NCBI GenBank assembly: GCA_963722385.1
Contig: CAVRKK010000001.1
Span: forward strand, 224,001-288,000
From: an uncultured bacterium
GTDB taxonomy: Bacteria; Babelota; Babeliae; Babelales; Babelaceae
Direction: 5' to 3'
DNA length: 64,000 bases
Positions 30,252-39,409 of this stretch are shown piece after piece (within the stretch, counting starts at the first letter, position 1; the number at the start of each line of letters is the position of its first letter). Both the position numbers and the translations under genes were made by a program. A model generated the notes under the pieces. It was given only the letters and a program-made list of their open reading frames with translations, had not been told where the DNA came from and searched no databases.

Positions 30252-30328
30252 GGCGACGTAGCTCAGGTGGTTAGAGCGGCGGAATCATAATCCGTAGGTC
30301 CGGGGTTCGAGTCCCTGCGTCGCCACCA
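30252..30328 (+). tRNA. tRNA-Met(CAT), probably elongator
   Basis: GGCGACG/CGTCGCC fully paired acceptor (no initiator C1 mismatch), GCGGA-ATCATAA-TCCGT anticodon arm, CCA; Ile2 not fully excluded. Confidence 0.93.
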
Positions 30329-30353
30329 ATACTTTGAATATGGGTACCATCAC

Positions 30354-31208
30354 ATGAATCGTCATCAAACACTAATACTTATTTCAGGTCTTGCTTTATT
30401 GAGCTTGCCTGGTACTGCTTTCTCACGGGACGTTATCTGGGACCTCGGTGGCACGCTTATTCGAAGAAGCAACCTAAGCCAGCTTAAAGCGGTCGGGTTT
30501 TGGAATGCGGCAAGACTTTATTTTCAGCACGGCAATAGTATCTCAAAGCTTATGCGCACGACGATGTGGAATATACTTAATTTATATGAGCATAATGCTA
30601 AACCCCATGCAACGCAGGCTCTTGATCCTTCTGGAGCTCCTTTGCCGGTGCTTATGCAAGACTGGCTTATAGGTAACAAGACGAGCGCAGACCTTGCTAC
30701 GATAGCTCAAGAACTAGCTGATAAATATACAGGGTTCTACAGTAATACGCACAAGAAAATGATAAAAAATACATTTGACTGGATGTTTACCCCCGCAAGC
30801 TATGCGGCAAGTTGGGTTCCTATTAAGAAAGCATTAAAAATTCTTTCAAAAGTGAAGAATAAAAAAGACGCGCAGAATAAGCCAGCAAACCGTATATTTA
30901 TGCTTTCAAACTTTGATAAAGACACCTTTGACCGGATCAAACAACGTCCCCGCAATAAAAAGATATTTAAGCACTTTCACGATAATGACCTTTTTGTATC
31001 CGCACCACTACGCGACATCAAGCCACGTCGCTCTGCCTTCCAGAAGCTTCTCGACTCAAAAAATATCGATATTCGCAACGCGTTATTAATCGATGACCAA
31101 GAAGAAAATTGTAAAGCATTCGTCGAGATGGGAGGCAAGGCCATACATGTTCCTGATGGGGACTTTAAAAATGTGCGTAAGCAGCTTGAAGAATGGGGAG
31201 TGTTATAA
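30354..31208 (+). CDS. HAD-family hydrolase with signal peptide
   Basis: Signal peptide ending AFS; WDLGGTL motif I, LSN motif II, KP motif III, IDD motif IV. Confidence 0.85.
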   Translation: MNRHQTLILISGLALLSLPGTAFSRDVIWDLGGTLIRRSNLSQLKAVGFWNAARLYFQHGNSISKLMRTTMWNILNLYEHNAKPHATQALDPSGAPLPVLMQDWLIGNKTSADLATIAQELADKYTGFYSNTHKKMIKNTFDWMFTPASYAASWVPIKKALKILSKVKNKKDAQNKPANRIFMLSNFDKDTFDRIKQRPRNKKIFKHFHDNDLFVSAPLRDIKPRRSAFQKLLDSKNIDIRNALLIDDQEENCKAFVEMGGKAIHVPDGDFKNVRKQLEEWGVL

Positions 31209-31222
31209 TTTATTCAGCCGGC

Positions 31223-31567
31223 CTACAATTCCTCATGAACAAGCACCTCTTCATTAATTTTTTTAAATCGCGAAACAAGCTTACCATCGGGACCAGCTAC
31301 CAGCTCAACAAACATCTCTTTTGGGCGAGCCCACAACGTACCGATTGGTAAAGGCTTCCCTTCAGGCTCAAGCTTAGATTCATAGAGCTGTTGATAAATA
31401 ACAAACTCTTTACGCGGATCTTCGCTAAACCGCGCAACACCGAGCACTCTATACCGACCACCTCTAAAGTGCTCGTAAAGACCAGGCAAAACATCCGCAG
31501 GTTGAGAACTAAGCATTGCACACCCCAAAGCACACGTTAAAATCAAACTAAGACGCATATACTTCAT
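31223..31567 (-). CDS. DUF1653-family protein with signal-like N-terminus
   Basis: GLYEHFRGGRYRVLGVA, VIYQQLY, LWARPKEMF, RF. Confidence 0.85.
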   Translation of the reverse strand: MKYMRLSLILTCALGCAMLSSQPADVLPGLYEHFRGGRYRVLGVARFSEDPRKEFVIYQQLYESKLEPEGKPLPIGTLWARPKEMFVELVAGPDGKLVSRFKKINEEVLVHEEL

Positions 31568-31985
31568 AGATTACCTCTCTTTTAACCAAAATGTGGCCAA
31601 TTAGTATTTGTATTAATTATACTAAACGACCATAACACAAGCAAGAATTGCTTAGAGCTCAATAATGGGGGCATGAACGCTCCGATAAGGGATATTTGCT
31701 GTTTATTCATCATGGCTCTTATCATGAGGGAGACGGTGAATACTTTAGCAAAATAATGACTCGAGGGGAATAAATTTTTTGCGGAGCGTGATCAGGCCGA
31801 AGCGCTAGCTGCAAAGTCCTACATTTAGGAGTAAAATTTGAAAAAATGGTGACGCAACTATAAAAGCTCGGCGAGGCGGCTTCGTGAGAGAATTATCAGA
31901 ATTAATCAAGTTTTTATTGAATAATTGAGAATTTTTATGATACTATCTTTTATAAGAGGGCATTTTTATAAAAAGGAGAAATATA

Positions 31986-32234
31986 ATGAAGAAACTTATT
32001 GCTATCTCACTACTTGTAGTATCAGGTGCAACCCAAGCGGCTCAATGGAATTGCAAATTTTCGGAAAGAACTTCGGAAGGAACTGTTGGTTTTATGGGAT
32101 CAGGGGCAACGCAAGAGAAAGCGAGCAAGGATGCCATAGCGGAGTGCAATCATGCAAATACGCTTTTTGAACATAAGCCCTATGTATGTAATCCAAATGA
32201 TGTGGTAATGAGCTGCACCATTGTAAATGACTAA
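31986..32234 (+). CDS. Small exported Cys-containing protein
   Basis: AAGGAG SD, MKKLIAISLLVVSGATQA signal peptide, four Cys in the mature part, downstream terminator. Confidence 0.8.
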   Translation: MKKLIAISLLVVSGATQAAQWNCKFSERTSEGTVGFMGSGATQEKASKDAIAECNHANTLFEHKPYVCNPNDVVMSCTIVND

Positions 32235-32304
32235 GCTAAGCTAAAGCACTTGGTGAAGGTTTTTTATAGAGAAGGCCGCAAAACTAGCATATGTAGTCAA
32301 CAAC

Positions 32305-32333
32305 AAATCCCAGGATTAAACCTGGGATTTTTC
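32305..32333 (+). terminator. Rho-independent terminator
   Basis: AAATCCCAGG/CCTGGGATTT stem followed by a T-rich tract. Confidence 0.75.
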
Positions 32334-32418
32334 TTTGCGTACTTTTAGCAAGAGGCTGGTGAGTCTAAAGGAGCAAGCGTCGCAACCGAAGAATAAATAC
32401 ATGACTTGCAAATTACGA

Positions 32419-33183
32419 CTACTTTTCTTGCAACAGACTGGAGCTTAAAACTCCCCGCTCTATGAGCTGCTTTTCTACGGCATATGCGTCATTATGCTCA
32501 AAATGAATCGCTTGCATGCCGCATTTAATCGCACCATCGACGTTATTTTTTTGGTCATCAATAAAGATGCAGTCTTTCGGATTCAGCTTTTCTCTCTCAA
32601 GTAAATAGTGATAAATTGCAGGATCTGGCTTAACATAACCGATAAGGCCTGAAGCATAAATATGCTCCGAGGCAAAATGCTTAAAAATAACCTGAAGCTC
32701 CGGTCGTTGATACATTTTCAGAAAAGATTCACGGTCCCAATTGGAAAGAACATACCGGGAGGAACCAGTCTTTGAACATTTTTCTAAAAGGCTCACCATA
32801 TTCTGTTTGGGCTGTATGCTCTTTGCAAAAAGATCCGGGGTAAAAATCCACCTTAATATGCTTTGAACCAACTCTCGTTCTTGGCCGTCAAAATTCGGAG
32901 CAGCTTGGATCCGCTTTAGGGCCTTGGCCAACATCTCGCTGTCTGAAATAAACCCGGCGAACCAATCACGCACCAATTGGGGTAATTCCTTAACGGTCGC
33001 ATAACGGGCTGCATCACCTTCAGAAAGCATCTTTGCCAACATACCATTTAACATTTCTTGGTTTAAGGCACCATACGTGCGCTGAAGGTAGAGGCAGTTA
33101 TCATAACCAATATCCTGAGCAACAGCAAAGCAATCAGGTTCAACGAGCGTGTATCCTAAATCCCAGATCAGAGCAGTACGCAT
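32419..33183 (-). CDS. HAD-family hydrolase (cytoplasmic paralogue of 30354-31208)
   Basis: WDLGYTL, VLSNW, KPDPAIY, FIDDQ..NV. Confidence 0.88.
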   Translation of the reverse strand: MRTALIWDLGYTLVEPDCFAVAQDIGYDNCLYLQRTYGALNQEMLNGMLAKMLSEGDAARYATVKELPQLVRDWFAGFISDSEMLAKALKRIQAAPNFDGQERELVQSILRWIFTPDLFAKSIQPKQNMVSLLEKCSKTGSSRYVLSNWDRESFLKMYQRPELQVIFKHFASEHIYASGLIGYVKPDPAIYHYLLEREKLNPKDCIFIDDQKNNVDGAIKCGMQAIHFEHNDAYAVEKQLIERGVLSSSLLQEK

Positions 33184-33253
33184 TTTCTACCCATATTCTT
33201 TGTAACCCACCACCAAGTATGATGGCGACCCGGGCAAAAAAGCAAGCTCACGC

Positions 33254-34732
33254 CTAATGTTCCAAGAAAGAGCAATCGAGATGATCTTTCATAATATGAG
33301 CAAAATCGTGCTTAATATGACCAAGGCAAGCAACATCATCACCCTCAAATCTCATGCTTAACATGGGCTCGGTGTTTGACATCCGCACAATTGCCCAGCC
33401 ATAGGGCAATTGAACGCGCACACCATCAACAAGCACTAATTCTGCGTCATCCCGGTGCCCAAAACTGGTTTTTAAATCACTAATAATCGCAGCACGCTTT
33501 TCATGCTCGCAGGGAATGCGATAGGTTGGCGAAGCGACCTTGTCAGGAAAAACGGCAAGGAGCTCATCTAACGATTTGCCTGTCTCTTGGAGAATCTCAA
33601 ATAAGCGCAAAGCGCTATAAATACCATCATCGTAGCCAAACAGCCCCGGGCGGTCGTTAAATACAAAGTGGCAGCTTATTTCGCCTCCAAGCACCGCATT
33701 TGCTTTCTTCATTGACGCTTTAATATTCGTATGGCCCGTCGCTGACATTACAGGTTTTGCTCCCCATAGCTCAAGCAGTTGTATTAAGCCACTCGAGGCA
33801 GAAACATCAAAAACGACATCTCGACCTGGATTTTTCTTAAGTATAGGTTCGCTAAAGATCGCTAAGAGCCGATCACCTGAAACAAGCTTTCCCGTCTTAG
33901 TCATGGGTGCCATACGGTCTGCATCACCATCAAATGCCAATCCAAGTGCAGCATCAGATGAAGCAAGCTCCTTTTTTAGATCTTCCATATACTTTTCAAC
34001 CGTAGGGTCGGCGACATGATGAGGATAGGTACCATCAACTTCGGCATACATAAGCTTTATTTTTGTCCAATTCATCTTTTCAACAAGCTGTGGCATAACG
34101 GTACCAGCTGCGCCATTTCCGCAATCAATAATCGCTGAAATATCCATACCAACCAGATGAGGAAACTGCTGGGCAAGCCAATCAATATACAGCGGAATTA
34201 CCGGGTGCTCACTATAGACGCCTGGCACGTGGACGCCATCGCTAAAATCTCGTGTCTTATAAATCTCACGAATTTCTTCTATCTGGGCACCGTATACTGA
34301 TTGCTTATGCAAACATATTTTAATACCATTGTACTCAGCGGGATTATGCGATGCTGTTATCATAAGCGCTGCATCGGTATTAAGCACATGCTGGGCAAAG
34401 TATAAGATGGGCGTCGTACAGGTGCCTATAAAAATAACATCAAACCCCATCTTCACCAATGCTTCAACAATATGTTGCTTGATGGCAGCCGAATGAATCC
34501 TGCCATCCATGCCAAGCGCAACGGTCTTTGCATCAGGGGCCTGCTTGCTAAAATAAGTACCTATAGCACGGGCTATATCATAACAATCAGCTACCTGAAA
34601 GTCTTTATCAACGACGCCTCTTAAGTCGTACGCTTTGAACACCGTATCATCAGCCTTGGGTGAGGCAAAAAAAAAGAAACATGAGAGCGCAACCACCGAC
34701 AGCAAATAAATGATATCTCCGATCTTCATCAT
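33254..34732 (-). CDS. Phosphomannomutase/phosphoglucomutase with N-terminal signal peptide or anchor
   Basis: FKAYDLRG, TASHNP (phospho-Ser), FDGDADR, GEISCH, RMSNTEP; start at 34732 behind AGGAGG. Confidence 0.95.
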   Translation of the reverse strand: MMKIGDIIYLLSVVALSCFFFFASPKADDTVFKAYDLRGVVDKDFQVADCYDIARAIGTYFSKQAPDAKTVALGMDGRIHSAAIKQHIVEALVKMGFDVIFIGTCTTPILYFAQHVLNTDAALMITASHNPAEYNGIKICLHKQSVYGAQIEEIREIYKTRDFSDGVHVPGVYSEHPVIPLYIDWLAQQFPHLVGMDISAIIDCGNGAAGTVMPQLVEKMNWTKIKLMYAEVDGTYPHHVADPTVEKYMEDLKKELASSDAALGLAFDGDADRMAPMTKTGKLVSGDRLLAIFSEPILKKNPGRDVVFDVSASSGLIQLLELWGAKPVMSATGHTNIKASMKKANAVLGGEISCHFVFNDRPGLFGYDDGIYSALRLFEILQETGKSLDELLAVFPDKVASPTYRIPCEHEKRAAIISDLKTSFGHRDDAELVLVDGVRVQLPYGWAIVRMSNTEPMLSMRFEGDDVACLGHIKHDFAHIMKDHLDCSFLEH

Positions 34733-34832
34733 AAGCATCCTCCTTGGATTGGTAAGTTTATGAGATAGCATAGAAAAAACAGAGAAAATGAAAAGGAAAT
34801 TCTTTAGAAAAAAAGCAAAAAGCTGAAAAAAG

Positions 34833-35042
34833 CTACCAGCATGCTATTTTAAGATTAAACGACAAAATACCAAACTGCTCAAGCAAGAACAAAACGGCAG
34901 TCATCACGAGCGAAAGCACCACGACACCAAGAAGGCCGCGCTGCCTCACATGGTAAAAGGTACTATATAAGCTATCAAAAAAGAGAACGACGCAAAAAAA
35001 ACCCAAAAAGAGTACGCCGTAAGACACAATTTTACTTATCAT
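34833..35042 (-). CDS. Small two-TM membrane protein
   Basis: Two hydrophobic helices, GAGG SD. Confidence 0.55.
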   Translation of the reverse strand: MISKIVSYGVLFLGFFCVVLFFDSLYSTFYHVRQRGLLGVVVLSLVMTAVLFLLEQFGILSFNLKIACW

Positions 35043-35166
35043 TGATCTTTCCTCTTTTGCTCATGGTACACCAATACGAGTCTACGCGTGATTAACGTTT
35101 GAACATATACGTTAAGATAGAACAGACCAAAAGAAAAGTGCAATATTTTTAAAACATGCTTGTAAA

Positions 35167-35949
35167 TTAAGACTGGGTGCTTTTATTGCCGCTTAAGTAT
35201 TCCAAAACACGAGAAGCATATAAGAGCTCTTCTGATGTTTCAGCAATGTTTCCCTCAGTAACATCAAGCTTGCGGTGAATTTCTTGTCGCGCTTGCTCTT
35301 CCTTATGCAAAGTCTCAATTTCATCGAGCGAAACAAGTTTATATCCTTCTTCATAAGCCATATCAGCTTCACCTTGATACAAAAGCTTGGCCAGGTTCGT
35401 AAAGCTGTCTTTGCTTGCGGAGTAACACGGGGCACCACGGATGTGCCAATTATTTCGAGCAATATCAAAATAGAAGAGCTGAATGCGGATGTTGCCATAG
35501 TTCCCATGGAAATATTTTTTGAACACAAACGCTATAAAGGGCGCACCTTCAGCGTCATAGCTTAAGAAATAAGGCTTGCCCGCGGCCAAAAAATCATCTA
35601 ATGTTATACTGGTAACGAGAGCGGACGGTTTCTCGAGGAGGATTCGTCGGGTAAGATCAAAAGTAAGCAATGGCACTGCCTCACGCCACGGCATGCCAAA
35701 AGCATTTACTATGGCACGGGTAAAAGCAGAAAAAAGCTCCTGATGTTGCTGATTTGCTAAAATATTTTTAAAGACTAATAAGGCTTGATCGACTTGCTGT
35801 TGCTCAATTAGAGCATTATCTCTAATTTGGGCTACCTCGGATATATCAAAGCCCTGTCCCATAAATGGTGCTGACTCTTCCATACCAAGTAGAGAACTAA
35901 CAAAGCCAACAACTATCAATAGGTGATAATAACGCACACGATGAATCAT
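35167..35949 (-). CDS. Exported orphan protein
   Basis: GAGGT SD, signal peptide ending LLG-MEE. Confidence 0.75.
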   Translation of the reverse strand: MIHRVRYYHLLIVVGFVSSLLGMEESAPFMGQGFDISEVAQIRDNALIEQQQVDQALLVFKNILANQQHQELFSAFTRAIVNAFGMPWREAVPLLTFDLTRRILLEKPSALVTSITLDDFLAAGKPYFLSYDAEGAPFIAFVFKKYFHGNYGNIRIQLFYFDIARNNWHIRGAPCYSASKDSFTNLAKLLYQGEADMAYEEGYKLVSLDEIETLHKEEQARQEIHRKLDVTEGNIAETSEELLYASRVLEYLSGNKSTQS

Positions 35950-36180
35950 AGATTACCTCACTAACTTATACGCTTAAATAAGTATGCTTCTGGTCGTACT
36001 TATAGAGCTTAACAAGCCTTCCTGTAACATCTTCTATTGTCTGGTCTTTGATCATTACAAACTTTCTCCCTGGCTTGAGCAAGAATCATACTTAATAGTA
36101 GCATAAACTCCTTGTTTAGGCTATCTCTCGTACTGGCCCAGTAATTGGCAAGAAAAATATGCGCTCAACTATTTATCAAG

Positions 36181-38736
36181 TTAGTTTTGAGTGCCAAGAA
36201 CACCGAGCGCTGATTTCAGATAAGCGGCAGTGGCACTTTTTTGATCAAGCGCTACTTGCTCAGGGGTTCCTTGCGCAACAATCTGACCGCCCTCCTCGCC
36301 GCCTTCAGGACCAAGATCGATAAGGTAGTCCGCTACCTTCAGCACGTCTATATTATGCTCGATCACCATGACAGAATTACCTTTATCAACAAGACGATTC
36401 AGCACCTTAAGAAGCTTTTCTATGTCGCTTGCATGTAAACCTGTTGTTGGCTCATCCAAAATATAGAGGGTCTTTTGTCCCCTTTTAGCAAGCTCGTCAA
36501 CAAGCTTAATACGTTGTGCTTCACCGCCAGAAAGCGTTGTCGAAGGCTGCCCAAGCTTAAGATAATCAAGGCCAACGTCAACCATAAGTCGCAGCCTTTT
36601 AGCCAATGCCATATGGTTGGCAAAAAATGCAAGTGCCTCATGCGCGGTCATATCAAGAACCTGTGCTATATTTTTACCCTTATAAAGAATTTCAAGCGTT
36701 TGCTGATTATAGCGAAGGCCCTTGCAGCGACTGCACATAATCGTTACATCGGGCAAAAAATGCATTGAAATCGTCAGCACACCCTCACCGTTGCACTGGG
36801 CACAACGCCCTTCTTTAACATTAAAGCTGAAGCGTCCCACGGCGTAACCGCGCGCATTGCTCTCAGGCAAACTCGCAAATAATCTTCTAATTTCATCAAA
36901 AATGCCAAGATAGGTTGCCGGGTTAGAGCGCGGCGTCCGGCCTATGGGGCTCTGATCGATAACTACCAGAGAATCGAGCTGCGCAAAATTTTGAATTTTA
37001 TCAAAAGTTATCTGCCGATGCTTATGAAGAAGAGCGTGCTTTAAAGCAGGAACAAGTTCTTCCATGACCAGCGTACTTTTGCCAGAGCCCGAGACCCCTG
37101 AAATACAACAGAAAACACCTAAAGGAAATGCTACCGTAAGATTCTTCAGATTATGCGTCGATGCCTGCTTGAGCACCAGAAATTCAGCCGGCTGGCGCGC
37201 AGGGCCATGCCGCTTAATAGCTTGCTTGCCTGCAAGGTACGCACCCGTTATAGAGCCAGCAGCCGTACTAATAGAGTCAGGAGAACCAGCAGCAATAACG
37301 TTCCCTCCTTGTACGCCGGCAGCAGGCCCCATATCGATAATATAGTCGGCATGGCGCATCGTATCTAAATCGTGCTCAACAACAAGCACCGTATTGCCTT
37401 GATCACGAAGCTTTTTCAAGGTAACAATCAGCCGATCATTGTCTCGTTGATGCAGCCCAATACTTGGCTCATCAAGCACATAGAGGACGCCGCTCAACGC
37501 GGAGCCTATCTGCGTCGCTAACCGAATCCGCTGGCTTTCACCACCTGAAAGGGTACGAGCAGTCCTATTAAGCGTTAAGTAGCCAAGGCCTACATCAGAT
37601 AAAAAGGTATAGCGATTACGGATCTCAATAAGAAGGCGCTCAACAATAGTTTTTTGGGTTTGATCAAGCTCGAGCGCGCCAAAAAAGAGCAATGCTCGCT
37701 TAACAGAGAGCTGGCTCGCTTCGTAGATATTCAGACCACCAACCGTAACAGAAAGCGGTAATGCGCTTAAGCGACGGCCATTACATTCAGTACACGTAGC
37801 TTCAGCATGCTCCTGCTCATCGCGCTTATGCCACAGCGGCCTGGTAGGCGCAACAAAGAGAATCCCCAAACCATGACACTTTTTGCACGCTCCCACCGGT
37901 GAATTAAAGGAAAAGAGCCGTGGCTCAATCTCACCAAACGAACGAGCACAAGGAATGCACATCCGCTGCGATGAATAGACATAATGTTCCTGACCGACCA
38001 TGATCTTGCACAGGCCTTGAGCAAGCTCAAATGCTTTCTCAAGTGCCTCATGGACGCGTGCAGATTCCTCTAGGCTTACATCAATGGTATCAATAAGCAC
38101 ATCAATGGAATGCTTATGCGTCCGCTTGAGTGCAAGCTTTCGGATGTCTTCGGGAGATTTAAAGCGCTCATGCTTCCCGTCAATAATAAAGCGGTAAAAG
38201 CCGCTTAAAAAAAGCTTTTCAAGATCAGCAACAAACTCCCCCTTTTTCTCGATAACAACCGGAGCTGAGACAGTAATTGTTTGGTTGACAAACATGCTTT
38301 GAAGCCGCTGCGCAATCGTTTCTGGCGACTCCGCTTGTACAGGCTTGCTGCAGCTTGGGCAATTTAGCGTGCCAATGCGCGCAAAAAGGACCCGAAGATA
38401 ATCGTAAATTTCCGTTATGGTGCCAACGGTAGAGCGCGGATTGGCACCCACCGTCTTCTGGTCAATGGCAATAGCAGGGCATAAGCCTTCGATGCGGTCA
38501 ACATTGGGCTTGGGTGGCACCCCTAAAAACTGTCGCGCATATGATGATAATGACTCGATATAGCGGCGCTGACCCTCAGCATACAAAACATCCAATGCCA
38601 ACGTGCTCTTGCCCGACCCCGATGGCCCCGTGATGACCGTTACCGACTCCTTAGGAATAGCAACCGTCAGATCTTTGAGGTTATGCTCGCGCGCACCAAT
38701 TACCGTAATCCACTTTTTTGCTTCCACAACCATCAC
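36181..38736 (-). CDS. uvrA: Excinuclease ABC subunit UvrA (short form)
   Basis: GAREHNLK, two ABC cassettes (GPSGSGKS and GVSGSGKS, LSGGE twice), Zn motifs; 851 aa. Confidence 0.97.
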   Translation of the reverse strand: MMVVEAKKWITVIGAREHNLKDLTVAIPKESVTVITGPSGSGKSTLALDVLYAEGQRRYIESLSSYARQFLGVPPKPNVDRIEGLCPAIAIDQKTVGANPRSTVGTITEIYDYLRVLFARIGTLNCPSCSKPVQAESPETIAQRLQSMFVNQTITVSAPVVIEKKGEFVADLEKLFLSGFYRFIIDGKHERFKSPEDIRKLALKRTHKHSIDVLIDTIDVSLEESARVHEALEKAFELAQGLCKIMVGQEHYVYSSQRMCIPCARSFGEIEPRLFSFNSPVGACKKCHGLGILFVAPTRPLWHKRDEQEHAEATCTECNGRRLSALPLSVTVGGLNIYEASQLSVKRALLFFGALELDQTQKTIVERLLIEIRNRYTFLSDVGLGYLTLNRTARTLSGGESQRIRLATQIGSALSGVLYVLDEPSIGLHQRDNDRLIVTLKKLRDQGNTVLVVEHDLDTMRHADYIIDMGPAAGVQGGNVIAAGSPDSISTAAGSITGAYLAGKQAIKRHGPARQPAEFLVLKQASTHNLKNLTVAFPLGVFCCISGVSGSGKSTLVMEELVPALKHALLHKHRQITFDKIQNFAQLDSLVVIDQSPIGRTPRSNPATYLGIFDEIRRLFASLPESNARGYAVGRFSFNVKEGRCAQCNGEGVLTISMHFLPDVTIMCSRCKGLRYNQQTLEILYKGKNIAQVLDMTAHEALAFFANHMALAKRLRLMVDVGLDYLKLGQPSTTLSGGEAQRIKLVDELAKRGQKTLYILDEPTTGLHASDIEKLLKVLNRLVDKGNSVMVIEHNIDVLKVADYLIDLGPEGGEEGGQIVAQGTPEQVALDQKSATAAYLKSALGVLGTQN

Positions 38737-38765
38737 CTTGAGGTATTATGTTCTAGTATAGCATA

Positions 38766-38786
38766 GTGCTCGATGAGTTCGAGCAC
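38766..38786. promoter_or_regulatory. Inverted repeat in the uvrA promoter region
   Basis: GTGCTCGA-N5-TCGAGCAC directly upstream of a minus-strand TGCTATACT extended -10. Confidence 0.45.
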
Positions 38787-38924
38787 CTAATTTAATTACA
38801 TATTAAAATAATTATAGATAAAAAAATAATTTTGTAAATAATAATTGAAAGATTTTAGTAGGCAAAATTGCACTTAAATACACAGATTTGCTATAATATA
38901 CCAAAACAACCGTAGGAACTTCCG

Positions 38925-39356
38925 ATGATCCCTATTCTTTCTTTTTGCCTTTTAATCTTACCCGGGGCCTCCCTGGCGGCAGCCTCGAGTCCAACATTTT
39001 TTATAGAAGATGAGCGGTATATTGCTCATCTTGAGCAGGGGTACCTGAGCCAACAATTACGCGAGTCGATATTGCATAGAGACCACCAGGCGCTCCTCCA
39101 GGCAATCAACGATGGCGCCTCTGTCAACTCAATATACCAATGGGATTCGTGTCGTGGCACTCCGCTTCATTTGCTTGCCTACAGCTTTGGCGGTGTCTTG
39201 GGTCTGGCTCAACTTCTTATCGATCATGATGCGCCTATCAATGCTCTCGATCACGAAGGACTAACCCCCCTCGATAGAGCAATATTTTGCAATAACAGCG
39301 AACTGAAAGACTTTTTGGCACAGCGTGGCGCGATATCAGCCTTATTACCCCAATAA
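38925..39356 (+). CDS. Small exported ankyrin-repeat protein
   Basis: Signal peptide; GTPLHLLA, DHEGLTPLDRAI ankyrin motifs. Confidence 0.88.
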   Translation: MIPILSFCLLILPGASLAAASSPTFFIEDERYIAHLEQGYLSQQLRESILHRDHQALLQAINDGASVNSIYQWDSCRGTPLHLLAYSFGGVLGLAQLLIDHDAPINALDHEGLTPLDRAIFCNNSELKDFLAQRGAISALLPQ

Positions 39357-39409
39357 CAACTAATCAGGATTGTTTGTTGCGAGCACTTCCGTAAAAAATA
39401 AAGGATATT

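Noticed and set aside
31660..31920. Possible gene remnant or sRNA in the intergenic gap
   Set aside because: Only very short frames and no convincing structure or motif
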